Positions 10,314 through 19,548 of a stretch of 45,288 nucleotides of DNA are shown here, in pieces. The stretch lies in NCBI GenBank assembly GCA_947506075.1, contig CANNNN010000001.1:1-45288 (forward strand). The letters are read 5' to 3'. A model generated the notes under the pieces. That model saw nothing but the letters and a program-made list of their open reading frames with translations, had not been told where the DNA came from and did no database searches. Position 1 is the first letter of the stretch. Every line of letters starts with the position of its first letter. The translations under genes and the position numbers were made by a program. The DNA comes from Methylococcaceae bacterium. GTDB lineage: Bacteria; Pseudomonadota; Gammaproteobacteria; Methylococcales; Methylomonadaceae.

Positions 10314-12287
10314 ATGACAGCGGCATTAACCAACCTCGACCTGATTCTTGAAACCATAACCGACGGTATATTGGTGGTGGATGACCAGGGCACTGTCCTG
10401 TTCTCGAACAACAGCGCCGAGCAGATTTTTGATCGCAAACTACTAAACACTAAACTTGCCATCCCTATCAGTCCCAGCAGTGTTCCCCAGGAAATCAACC
10501 TGATCCGCCGCTCCGGCCTGGGTTGGGCGGAGTTTCGCTCGACACCGATTGAGTGGGAAAACCAGCAAGCCTATGTCATCGGCATACGCGATATTACCGA
10601 ACGCAAACTCAGCGACGAGCGCCTGCTACAGGCTGCTACGGTGTTTGAAAGCACGCGCGAGGGCGTGATGATTACGGATCTGAAAAGATGCATAACCCGA
10701 GTAAACCGCGCGTTTACCGACATCACCAGCTATACGGAAGCCGAGGCCATCGGCAAATCGGCCAGCCTGCTGAGTTCCGGCCGACATGATGCAGCCTTCT
10801 ACGCCGAAATGTGGTCCAGCATCGCGCTAACCGGTCATTGGCAGGGCGAAATATGGAACAGACGCAAATGCGGCGAGGTCTATCCAGAACTGCTCAGCAT
10901 CAGTGCGGTCATCAATAAAGCCGGTGAACTGACCCATTATGTCGGGGTTTTTGCGGATATTTCTCAACTTAAGGCCACCGAATCACGACTGGATTTTCTG
11001 GCTCATCACGACCCACTGACCAGTCTGCCCAATCGCTTATTGCTGCTGTCACGACTGGATCATGCGATTGAAATCTCATTGCGTGATAACAAAATGCTGG
11101 CGCTGCTAATGATCGACCTGGACCGCTTCAAGGACGTGAATGACAGCTTCGGCCATCTGGCCGGCGATGAACTGTTACAACTGGTCGGACAGCAGCTAAA
11201 GTCACGCCTGCGCAGCATAGATACGGTTTGCCGCCTGGGTGGCGACGAATTTACCGTACTGCTTGAAGACATTAGCCAACCGGAAGATGCGGCCCGAGTA
11301 GCCAACGAGATCATTAACGCGATCTCCGAACCCTGGCTGCTGCTAAGCGGCAAGGAAGTACGCATCGGTGCCAGCATCGGCATCAGCCTGTTTCCTGACC
11401 ATGGCACGACCCCGGTGGAGTTGCTGCAACAGGCCGATACCGCACTTTATCAGGCCAAGGCCGAAGGACGAGGCCGCTTTAAATATTTTTCCGAAGAACT
11501 GACCCGTTCCGCACGCGCACGCATGGAACTTGAAGTGCGCTTGCGCCGGGCGATAACTCATGGCGAGCTGCGGACTTACTATCAACCACAGGTGGATGTG
11601 CATAGCGGCCGCATTGTCGGGGCCGAGGCCCTGATCCGCTGGCAGGATCCCGTGCATGGACTGATTCCGCCGTTACGCTTCATTGCGTTGGCCGAAGAAA
11701 CAGGGCTGATTACCCCTATCGGCAACTGGATACTGAATGAAACCTGCCGCCAGGGTAAAATCTGGCTAGACGCAGGTCTGCCACCCTTGTCGTTGGCGGT
11801 GAATATTTCACCCAATCAGTTTATGAACAGCAACCTGGAAGAAATCATCACCGGGATTCTGGCCGAGACAGGTTTCCCTGCCGAGCGCCTGGAACTGGAA
11901 CTTACCGAGAGCGCGCTAATGCAGCGCGAAGCGGAGGCCATAGAGATACTGAACCGCCTCAATGCGCTGGGCGTAAGACTTGCGCTCGACGATTTTGGCA
12001 AGGGCTATTCTTCGCTGGCTTACCTGAAACTGTTTCCGCTGCATGCGCTGAAAATAGACAAGAGCTTTATCGATGATATCCCGCACCATCAGGATGACAT
12101 GGAAATAACCGCAGCGATCATCGCGATGGCGCACACCTTGCGCCTCAAGGTGCTAGCCGAGGGTGTAGAGACCCAGGCTCAGCTCGAATTTCTGCAAACA
12201 CAAGGCTGCGATTTATATCAGGGCTATATATCCAGTCCGCCGGTGCCGGCTGAGCAATTTGAGAAACTGCTGCGGGCTCAGGGCTAG
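10314..12287 (+). CDS. PAS-PAS-GGDEF-EAL diguanylate cyclase/phosphodiesterase
   Basis: Two PAS/PAC domains (DGILVVD..RDITERK; GHWQGEIWNRRKCGE..DIS), HDPLTSLPNR, RSID I-site, GGDEF, EAL, DDFGKGYSS; start taken at MTAAL (10314). Confidence 0.93.
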   Translation: MTAALTNLDLILETITDGILVVDDQGTVLFSNNSAEQIFDRKLLNTKLAIPISPSSVPQEINLIRRSGLGWAEFRSTPIEWENQQAYVIGIRDITERKLSDERLLQAATVFESTREGVMITDLKRCITRVNRAFTDITSYTEAEAIGKSASLLSSGRHDAAFYAEMWSSIALTGHWQGEIWNRRKCGEVYPELLSISAVINKAGELTHYVGVFADISQLKATESRLDFLAHHDPLTSLPNRLLLLSRLDHAIEISLRDNKMLALLMIDLDRFKDVNDSFGHLAGDELLQLVGQQLKSRLRSIDTVCRLGGDEFTVLLEDISQPEDAARVANEIINAISEPWLLLSGKEVRIGASIGISLFPDHGTTPVELLQQADTALYQAKAEGRGRFKYFSEELTRSARARMELEVRLRRAITHGELRTYYQPQVDVHSGRIVGAEALIRWQDPVHGLIPPLRFIALAEETGLITPIGNWILNETCRQGKIWLDAGLPPLSLAVNISPNQFMNSNLEEIITGILAETGFPAERLELELTESALMQREAEAIEILNRLNALGVRLALDDFGKGYSSLAYLKLFPLHALKIDKSFIDDIPHHQDDMEITAAIIAMAHTLRLKVLAEGVETQAQLEFLQTQGCDLYQGYISSPPVPAEQFEKLLRAQG

Positions 12288-12323
12288 CTCCCCAGTACCA
12301 GCTTCGCGAGCCGGGGAACTAGC
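12284..12323. repeat. REP-like repeat family A hairpin overlapping the GGDEF-EAL stop
   Basis: CTAGCTCCCC...GGGGAACTAG arms around CAGCTTCGCGAG, a segment shared with 13453-13465. Confidence 0.55.
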
Positions 12324-12346
12324 GGAGTATCGCATCCCCTTCAGAG

Positions 12347-13273
12347 CTAACGAATGCTGCTCAACACGCCATGCCAGAACGGCAGGGTGATCAGACTGAT
12401 GAGAGTGGTTACCGTTACCGCCATCGCGTACAACGAACTATCCAAGCGGTAGCGATCGCAAAAAACGATACCCAGCACCATGCTCGGCATCGCCAGATCC
12501 AGCACTGCCGCTGCCCTGTAATCGTTAGCCAAGGGCAGAAATCCTACCAAGCCCAGCGCAAACAGCGGCATCAACGCCATTTTTATGATGATAACCGGTA
12601 TCACATACGGGACATTCCTGACTGACACCGCCTGCCAGCTTAACGCGAGTCCCAATGAAAACAGCATCAGCGGCACAACGGCTGCGGACATTTTTTGCAA
12701 CACGCCCAACAACCAATCCGGGGCAACAATACCGTAAAGGTTTAATACTACCGCAAGCGCTGCCGCCCAGAAGGGTGGCGCATTAAAGAACAGCCAGACC
12801 GATCTTGATTTTTCTGCAGCCTCTACACCGTAGTTCCGCGCAACCATGACACCAATCGTAAACAAGAACGGCGTAACGGCAAACAGGTCCATTTGTATAA
12901 CCACCGACCTGGCCCAACTGCCAAATGCCTGCTCCAAAACCGGTAAACCCAGATAAGTCACATTCGGGAAAGCTGCGGCCAGTATCATCGCGCCCATGCG
13001 TCGTTTTTCAAACTTGAAGACCGTGCCCACCGCCCACAGGCAAAGCATCGCAAACGCAATGCAACTGATGCCCAGCAAGGTATACTGAAATGAATGCCAG
13101 CCGATATCCGCCGTCCACAAGACATCAAGAACCAGGGCGGGCAGCAGTAAATAATAGACCACCGTGGTCAAAACCTGTCGCGTTTGCTCGGCCGAAAGAC
13201 CGGCCGGTTTGGCATATCGCCAACCTGCGCCACAGGCCATTAACAAGGTCATTTGTATTAATATTGAATTCAT
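12347..13273 (-). CDS. AEC (auxin efflux carrier) family membrane transporter
   Basis: About 10 hydrophobic segments; FPNVTYLGLP, PLMLFSLG and AMPS motifs; start taken at MNSILIQ. Confidence 0.85.
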   Translation of the reverse strand: MNSILIQMTLLMACGAGWRYAKPAGLSAEQTRQVLTTVVYYLLLPALVLDVLWTADIGWHSFQYTLLGISCIAFAMLCLWAVGTVFKFEKRRMGAMILAAAFPNVTYLGLPVLEQAFGSWARSVVIQMDLFAVTPFLFTIGVMVARNYGVEAAEKSRSVWLFFNAPPFWAAALAVVLNLYGIVAPDWLLGVLQKMSAAVVPLMLFSLGLALSWQAVSVRNVPYVIPVIIIKMALMPLFALGLVGFLPLANDYRAAAVLDLAMPSMVLGIVFCDRYRLDSSLYAMAVTVTTLISLITLPFWHGVLSSIR

Positions 13274-13444
13274 CAGCGATGATCTATTGTGGCGATAATG
13301 AATTTTAACATTCACCATCAAATCAAGTTCCGGTAATATATGTCGACTTATTATCAGAGAGCGGAACAGTGCATTTATTTTCAAAGCCTTGCCAACCTGG
13401 TTTTTGCGACTAATAGTCAAGCTACGGCTAGCAAAATCAAGCGA

Positions 13445-13518
13445 CGAAGCTCCAGCTTCGCGAGCCTGGAAACTGAAGCTTCAAAACCGAATCCCCAAGC
13501 TGGAGCTTAGGAACTAGC
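13445..13518. repeat. REP-like repeat family A
   Basis: CGAAGCTCCAGCTTCG palindrome followed by CCCAAGCTGGAGCTTAGGAACTAGC. Confidence 0.6.
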
Positions 13519-13536
13519 AAACCTTAAACCTTAACC

Positions 13537-14265
13537 ATGACCAAATCATTTATCTCAACCAAACCCATCCCCGTTCGTGAACGCTTAATGATGGCCCTGG
13601 ATGTACCCAGCATAGCCGAGGCCCAGGCTTTGGTCGAGGAACTTGGCGATTCGGTGATTTTTTACAAAGTCGGCATGGAACTGTTTATGTCGGGCGATTA
13701 CTTCGGTTTTATTGAATGGCTAAAACAACGCAATAAAAAAATCTTTGTCGATCTTAAGTTTTTTGACGTCCCCGCCACCGTGGGCAGAGCCATTAAAGCC
13801 TTGAGCAGCAAGGGTGTCGACTTTGCGACGATACACGGCAACGACGCGATTATGGAAGCCGCAGCCAAAGAAAAAGGCAAGCTTAAAGTATTGGCGGTAA
13901 CCGCCTTAACCAGCCTGGATCGAGGTGACCTTGATGATCTTGGCTTTGCCTGCGATGTCCGCGAACTGGTTTTATCACGCGCAAAACGCGCACTGCAAAT
14001 CGGCTGCGACGGCATTGTTTCCTCCGGGCTTGAAGTCGCGATGCTTAGAGAGGAACTTGATCATAAGCTGCTAGTCATCACCCCCGGCATTCGACCGGTA
14101 GACAACCGTGAAGAAGACGATCAGAAACGGGTGGTCAGTGTAGAAATGGCTTTCCAGAATGGCGCCGATTATATCGTCGTCGGCAGACCAATACGCGATG
14201 CTGAAAACCGCAAAGCCATGGCAGAAAAGATTCAGGGACAAATTCTTGCACAGTTTCAGCCCTAA
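13537..14265 (+). CDS. pyrF: Orotidine-5'-phosphate decarboxylase
   Basis: ALD, YKVG, DLKFFDVPATV, TPGIRP and GADYIVVGRPI motifs. Confidence 0.96.
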   Translation: MTKSFISTKPIPVRERLMMALDVPSIAEAQALVEELGDSVIFYKVGMELFMSGDYFGFIEWLKQRNKKIFVDLKFFDVPATVGRAIKALSSKGVDFATIHGNDAIMEAAAKEKGKLKVLAVTALTSLDRGDLDDLGFACDVRELVLSRAKRALQIGCDGIVSSGLEVAMLREELDHKLLVITPGIRPVDNREEDDQKRVVSVEMAFQNGADYIVVGRPIRDAENRKAMAEKIQGQILAQFQP

Positions 14266-14287
14266 CTACTTGCTTTGATATTTTATT

Positions 14288-14406
14288 GCCACAGATTCAC
14301 CGATTATAAAATGAACGAAGCGTGACGAAGTTTGCCATTACTTAAAGCTAGTAATCAACATTTGAATCAACAAAAACAGCCATTTTATACTCTGCAAATC
14401 TGTGGC
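14288..14406. repeat. REPIN-like repeat family B (GCCACAGATT...AATCTGTGGC)
   Basis: Inverted arms around an AT-rich spacer; same arms at 20632-20706 and 21557-21636, half copy at 44818-44835. Confidence 0.65.
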
Positions 14407-14457
14407 TTTCTATTCTTATTTTTACTACTGAGTAGCCACCTCCAGCCTTAAATCTAT

Positions 14458-15186
14458 ATGGAATTTGATCTCGCCTTTACCACGTCTGCCCTGGTCGCCT
14501 TTACGATGGGCCTGTTCAGCAGCATGCACTGCATTGGCATGTGCGGTTCCATTATCGGAACCCTAACTTTGAGCCTGAGCCCGGAAATTCGCAATAACAA
14601 ACAACGGCTAGTCCCCTTTGTATTTAGTTACAATTTCGGCCGCATTAGCAGTTACACGCTGGCAGGCGCTTTGGCCGGCGTCATTGAAACATTGATCACG
14701 ATGCCTATGGGCGAAATCAGCGGCCACAGACTGCTGCAATTATTGTCCGCTGTTGTGATGACCGGAGCCGGGCTCTATCTGGCCGGCTGGTTCCCCCGTT
14801 TTGCTTATATTGAAAAAATCGGCCTGAGTTTCTGGAAATTAATCGAACCCTGGGGTCGAAAACTGATCCCGGTGAAAAGTTACAGCCAGGCCTTTCTTTT
14901 TGGCATGGTCTGGGGGTGGCTACCGTGCGGACTGGTTTATTCGGCCTTGGCACTAGCCGCAACCGCAGGCGACATCAGCCGTAGCGCATTAACTATGCTG
15001 TTTTTTGGTTTGGGGACTTTACCCGCAGTGATGGGAGTCGGTATAATGACCGGCTTATTAACAAGGTTCTCCAGAATGCCGCATTTTAAACAGCTTATCG
15101 GCCTGTTCATGATTGCACTAGCCTTACTGGCCGCATTGCCCTGGCTTAACCCGATGGCGATCACTTCTCACTCAGCACTACATTAG
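14458..15186 (+). CDS. DsbD_2 / TauE-SafE-like membrane protein
   Basis: HCIGMCG, YNFGRISSY, GWLPCGLVY and FGLGTLP motifs. Confidence 0.85.
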   Translation: MEFDLAFTTSALVAFTMGLFSSMHCIGMCGSIIGTLTLSLSPEIRNNKQRLVPFVFSYNFGRISSYTLAGALAGVIETLITMPMGEISGHRLLQLLSAVVMTGAGLYLAGWFPRFAYIEKIGLSFWKLIEPWGRKLIPVKSYSQAFLFGMVWGWLPCGLVYSALALAATAGDISRSALTMLFFGLGTLPAVMGVGIMTGLLTRFSRMPHFKQLIGLFMIALALLAALPWLNPMAITSHSALH

Positions 15187-15194
15187 AGGGTTCT

Positions 15195-16160
15195 ATGGAT
15201 CATTTCAGCACTATCATTGGTCATTCTCCTGCCTTGGATTCCTTAATCCGTAGCGCCAAAATAGTTGCCGCAACCGATGTCACGGTATTAATCAAGGGTG
15301 AAACCGGCACCGGCAAGGAAATACTTGCCACCGCAATTCAGCAGGCCAGTTCACGTGCCAATAAGCCGTTTATTACCTTAAATTGTGCTGCCTTACCCGA
15401 AAGCCTAATCGAATCGGAATTGTTCGGTCATAAAAAAGGCTCGTTTACCGGGGCGAACACCGATAAGCAGGGTCTATTCCAGGCAGCCGATCACGGCACC
15501 TTGTTTCTTGATGAAATCAATTCCTTGCCGCTGTCAATTCAGGGAAAAATATTACGCTTTCTTGAATCCGGCGAATGCCTTGCTGTAGGCGGCATCAAGC
15601 CTTACAAGGTCGACATCCGTATTATTTCCGCAACCAATACCGACCTCAACCAACAAATCGAAGCCGGGCAGTTCAGATCAGATTTATATTTCCGCTTGAA
15701 TGTTGTGCCGTTAGAACTGCCGAATCTTTCAGATCGACCCGAAGACATAGTGTCGCTGATCAAGCACTTTTCGATGTTAACCGAACATACCCATGGGCTT
15801 ACTGCGCCAAAATTCAGCAAGGCCACTTTAAAAGTCCTGAAAGCCTACTCCTGGCCGGGCAATATACGTGAACTTCGTAATGTATGCGAAAGACTCGGTA
15901 TTTTATTAGCCGGCAGAATCATCGAACCGGAAAATCTACCGCTTGAATTTACCAGCAAACGCTGCACTACTGCAGCCGCAACAACTAAACTTATGCTGCC
16001 AGAGAAAGGCCTGGAACTGGATGCGATAGAAGCCGACCTGATTCTTCAGGCCCTGGACCGCACCAAAGGCAATCGCAGCAAGTCTGCCAGACTGTTGGGC
16101 ATCTCCCGAGACACCCTGCTCTACCGTATGCAAAAACACAATCTTGCAATGGCGTATTAA
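15195..16160 (+). CDS. Sigma54-dependent enhancer-binding protein lacking an N-terminal regulatory domain (AAA+ plus Fis HTH)
   Basis: GETGTGKE, ESELFGH, GSFTGA, LFLDEI, FRSDLYFRL, WPGNIREL, ARLLGISRDTL. Confidence 0.9.
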   Translation: MDHFSTIIGHSPALDSLIRSAKIVAATDVTVLIKGETGTGKEILATAIQQASSRANKPFITLNCAALPESLIESELFGHKKGSFTGANTDKQGLFQAADHGTLFLDEINSLPLSIQGKILRFLESGECLAVGGIKPYKVDIRIISATNTDLNQQIEAGQFRSDLYFRLNVVPLELPNLSDRPEDIVSLIKHFSMLTEHTHGLTAPKFSKATLKVLKAYSWPGNIRELRNVCERLGILLAGRIIEPENLPLEFTSKRCTTAAATTKLMLPEKGLELDAIEADLILQALDRTKGNRSKSARLLGISRDTLLYRMQKHNLAMAY

Positions 16161-16172
16161 AAAAGATGAAAC

Positions 16173-16202
16173 AGGTCGCGGCTCACAACCCCGACCGGAA
16201 CG
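16173..16202. repeat. REP-like hairpin family C (degenerate)
   Basis: GGTCGCGGCTCACAACCCCGACCGGAACG resembles 33402-33426 and 44681-44711. Confidence 0.45.
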
Positions 16203-16241
16203 CCTGGACCTAGAAAACATTTTTTTACCTATAGCGAGTCT

Positions 16242-16976
16242 TCATCGCCTTGTTATCCACTGCACGGTAACATTATCACTATTGCCGTGTGCGCGAAATA
16301 TCGCCAATCTTGCCAGCTTGTCCAGCTCAGTCTTACCGCTTGCTGGACTTGCCAACTGCAGCAGCTCGGCGGGTTTTGCATATTCCCAGAAACCATCGCT
16401 GCACAGCACAAAAGTCTCGCCTATTTCCATCGCAGGATACAGATTGATCTCCACCTGGTGGGCTTTCTGGATGTTGATACTGCGTGTTAACTGATTTTGC
16501 TCCGGATGCAGCGCCATCTGCTGCTCATTAATCCTACCTTCATTGACTAATTGTTGGGGAATGGAATGATCCTGAGTTCGCCACACAATCTGCTGAGGGT
16601 TCATCCTGTAGATCCTCGTATCGCCGCAATGAGCTGTCAATACCCGCTGCTGATCCAGGTAAAGTATTGCGCAGGTCGTGTGAGCCTCATGTCCCGACTT
16701 ATCGATCGCAAACAGCTGTTTCATTTCGTTGACAGCCGCCGCCATCCAGGCTGAAAGGTTATCAACTGGATTCTGCTCGAGCCGCTTGCCATAAGTGCCC
16801 GCAGTCTTTAGCAGGCCCTCACAAAAAAAACGCGATGCTTTTTCACCACCCTGATGACCGCCCAGACCATCGGCAACCACAAACAGCGCATAGCTATCGT
16901 TAATGATATGCGCCATACAGTCCTGATTAACCTCTCTATCACCCGCCTGAGTTAATTGATAAAATTCCAGCCCCAT
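16242..16976 (-). CDS. PP2C-family Ser/Thr protein phosphatase
   Basis: REVNQD, VADGLGGH, HCGDTRIY, TQDHS, LCSDG and DNVT motifs. Confidence 0.92.
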   Translation of the reverse strand: MGLEFYQLTQAGDREVNQDCMAHIINDSYALFVVADGLGGHQGGEKASRFFCEGLLKTAGTYGKRLEQNPVDNLSAWMAAAVNEMKQLFAIDKSGHEAHTTCAILYLDQQRVLTAHCGDTRIYRMNPQQIVWRTQDHSIPQQLVNEGRINEQQMALHPEQNQLTRSINIQKAHQVEINLYPAMEIGETFVLCSDGFWEYAKPAELLQLASPASGKTELDKLARLAIFRAHGNSDNVTVQWITRR

Positions 16977-16991
16977 TTGACTTCCCTTAAA

Positions 16992-17804
16992 TCAAATACT
17001 CTGCTGCACAAATTCGCCGGGAGCGGATTTGCATTTATCCTCAGGGTGCCGGGCAGGATAGCCCTGCATGAATCTGGCCTGGCGCATGATTTGCTTCAAA
17101 TCCCTGACCGATTGAGCTAGTCCTGAAAATACCGCTTGCGCGATGATCGCATGACCGATATTAAGCTCCACTATCTCCGGTATCGCACAGATGGCTTCGA
17201 CATTATAATAATTCAAGCCATGCCCGGCATTAACCTGCAATCCGGCGCTGTGCGCATAAACAGCCGCCTGCCGGATCCTCGCCAACTCCTCGGCGCGCTG
17301 CTGCGGATTGCCAGCCTCAGCATAACAGCCGGTGTGCAATTCGACCACCGGCGCACCTGCCTTTACCGCCGCATCAATCTGCCGCTGATCGGGATCAATA
17401 AACAGCGACACCTCTACACCGGCCGCAGCCAATTGCTCACACGCCTGCTGCACGCGCTGCAGGTTACCGGCTACGTCAAGTCCGCCTTCGGTAGTCAGTT
17501 CTTCGCGCTTTTCCGGCACCAGGCAACAGGCATAGGGCTGCACTTTTAGCGCAATGCCTATCATCTGGTCGGTTACCGCCATTTCCAGATTCAGCCGGGT
17601 ATGCAACAGCTCTTTTAATAAATAGATGTCCCTATCCTGGATATGCCGACGGTCTTCCCGCAAATGCGCGGTAATACCGTCGGCGCCAGACTGCTCGGCA
17701 ACAAGCGCAGCCTGGATAGGCTCAGGGTAAAGGGTGCCTCTGGCCTGCCTCAAGGTAGCGACGTGATCGATATTAACGCCTAATAGAATTGGGGATTTAT
17801 GCAT
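16992..17804 (-). CDS. pdxJ: Pyridoxine 5'-phosphate synthase
   Basis: [42 protein letters not shown]; follows recO; start taken at MHKS. Confidence 0.95.
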   Translation of the reverse strand: MHKSPILLGVNIDHVATLRQARGTLYPEPIQAALVAEQSGADGITAHLREDRRHIQDRDIYLLKELLHTRLNLEMAVTDQMIGIALKVQPYACCLVPEKREELTTEGGLDVAGNLQRVQQACEQLAAAGVEVSLFIDPDQRQIDAAVKAGAPVVELHTGCYAEAGNPQQRAEELARIRQAAVYAHSAGLQVNAGHGLNYYNVEAICAIPEIVELNIGHAIIAQAVFSGLAQSVRDLKQIMRQARFMQGYPARHPEDKCKSAPGEFVQQSI

Positions 17805-17944
17805 TTGAAGTATTTGAGATTTCATAAGGAAAACGGCTGACACGGATAAAGCAAAAAACGGTTTGAAAACTTAGAAACAAAGGCGCGCACGGCAAGCCCT
17901 ACAGACCATTCCTTTTTCGTGTATTTCGTGGAAAAATTGGTTTT

Positions 17945-18673
17945 TTATTTACGTTCTATTTCTTTAGCCTGAGTCGCTGCGATGACTTTATTAATAACCG
18001 CGCGGCTTTTAAGCGGCTTGCCCTGCAAATAATCATCAATGACATTTCTCATCAATATTTTTGCTTCGCTTAACACCTGAGAATCGGACAATTCCTTGGC
18101 ACTTAAGGCCAACAATGTCTTGCCTGAAAACCGTCCATCCCGAGCTTCAACCGCACCCCACCCTGCCTTGAAGTCATATTTTTTTAATGCTTCGACGGGC
18201 TTTTGTTCATGGTCATAATCCAGCTGCAAACCGTAACCGGCACTGTCCATCAGCCTAAGTTCAAACAAGCGCAAGACGGGTTCAATATTAATGCCATCCG
18301 CTAGAGCCGATAAACATTCATCGTAATAATTGAATACTTCCGGATGAGGATCGTATTTGTGCAAAAAACAACTCACCAGCTCATTAATGTAAAAACCGCA
18401 GTATAGCGCCAGACCCTTGAGGTCCTTAAACGACTGCCTGACTTCGACATGACTTAATGTTTTTAATTCGGCCTTGCCAGCATAGGAAACACTTAGCGGG
18501 ATAAAGGCTTGCAGCAGCCCGGCTGTTTTAGACTTGGCAGCTCGCACACCTTTAGCCAGCAGCGATATCCTGCCGAAATCGCGGGTTAACATATCGATAA
18601 TCAGACTGGTTTCCCGGTATTTGCGCTGCTGTAAAATGAAGGCAGGTTGCAAATAAACAGCAGCTTCAGTCAT
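17945..18673 (-). CDS. recO: DNA repair protein RecO
   Basis: YRETSLI, GRISLLAKG, YINEL, KPLKSR; follows era; start taken at MTEAA. Confidence 0.93.
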   Translation of the reverse strand: MTEAAVYLQPAFILQQRKYRETSLIIDMLTRDFGRISLLAKGVRAAKSKTAGLLQAFIPLSVSYAGKAELKTLSHVEVRQSFKDLKGLALYCGFYINELVSCFLHKYDPHPEVFNYYDECLSALADGINIEPVLRLFELRLMDSAGYGLQLDYDHEQKPVEALKKYDFKAGWGAVEARDGRFSGKTLLALSAKELSDSQVLSEAKILMRNVIDDYLQGKPLKSRAVINKVIAATQAKEIERK

Positions 18674-19547
18674 TAAAGCCCAGGCTTTGCAAGGCACGTT
18701 CGCTATCCGACCAACCTTTTTTAACCTTTACCCAAAGCTGCAAGTAAACCTTCTGCCCGAGCAGTTTTTCTATATCCACCCTCGCGTCGGTGCCGACTTT
18801 TTTCAGCATCTCGCCATCCTTACCGATCACAATATTCTTCTGGGTCAAGCGTTCCACCCAGATAATCGCATAGATTTTAGTGATGGCCGGCTTTTCTTCG
18901 TAACGTTCAATTTCTACGGTCAGCGCATAGGGCAGCTCGTCACCCAGACGCCGGGTCAGCTTTTCCCTGACAATCTCAGCGGCTAAAAAACGCTCGGAGC
19001 GGTCGGTCACCTGATCTTCGGGATAGATTAAATCCCGTTCCGGCAATAAGGCCATGATCAATTTTTCGAGCTCTTCGAGATTGGTTCTTTTTAACGCAGA
19101 AATAGGCACCAGGTGTACAAACGGGAATCTGTGCTGAGCCTCGTTAAAGAACGTTAAAATAGCTTCTTTATCGACAACCTTATCAACCTTGTTGGCCGCA
19201 AGTATGACCGGCAAACCAGCCTGCTCCAGTTTTTTAAAGATGACCTCGTCATATTCATGCCAGGACAAGCCATCGATCAACCAGACGATCACATCGACGC
19301 CCAGTAAGGTCGTCTCTGCGGTGCGGTTTAAATACCGATTCAAGGCCCGCTTGTCACTGTTATGCATGCCCGGCGTATCCATATAAATAGCCTGACCAGC
19401 ATCGGTGGTGTTGATGCCTAGAATTCGATGCCGGGTTGTTTGCGGCTTGCGTGACGTGATGCTGATTTTTTGCTTCAACAGATGATTCATCAATGTTGAT
19501 TTACCGACATTGGGGCGCCCAATCAGGGCAACGAAACCACAATTCAT
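18666..19547 (-). CDS. era: GTPase Era
   Basis: GRPNVGKST, QTTR, DTPG, NKVD, KH domain VIGKDG. Confidence 0.97.
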   Translation of the reverse strand: MNCGFVALIGRPNVGKSTLMNHLLKQKISITSRKPQTTRHRILGINTTDAGQAIYMDTPGMHNSDKRALNRYLNRTAETTLLGVDVIVWLIDGLSWHEYDEVIFKKLEQAGLPVILAANKVDKVVDKEAILTFFNEAQHRFPFVHLVPISALKRTNLEELEKLIMALLPERDLIYPEDQVTDRSERFLAAEIVREKLTRRLGDELPYALTVEIERYEEKPAITKIYAIIWVERLTQKNIVIGKDGEMLKKVGTDARVDIEKLLGQKVYLQLWVKVKKGWSDSERALQSLGFND

Positions 19548-19548
19548 A

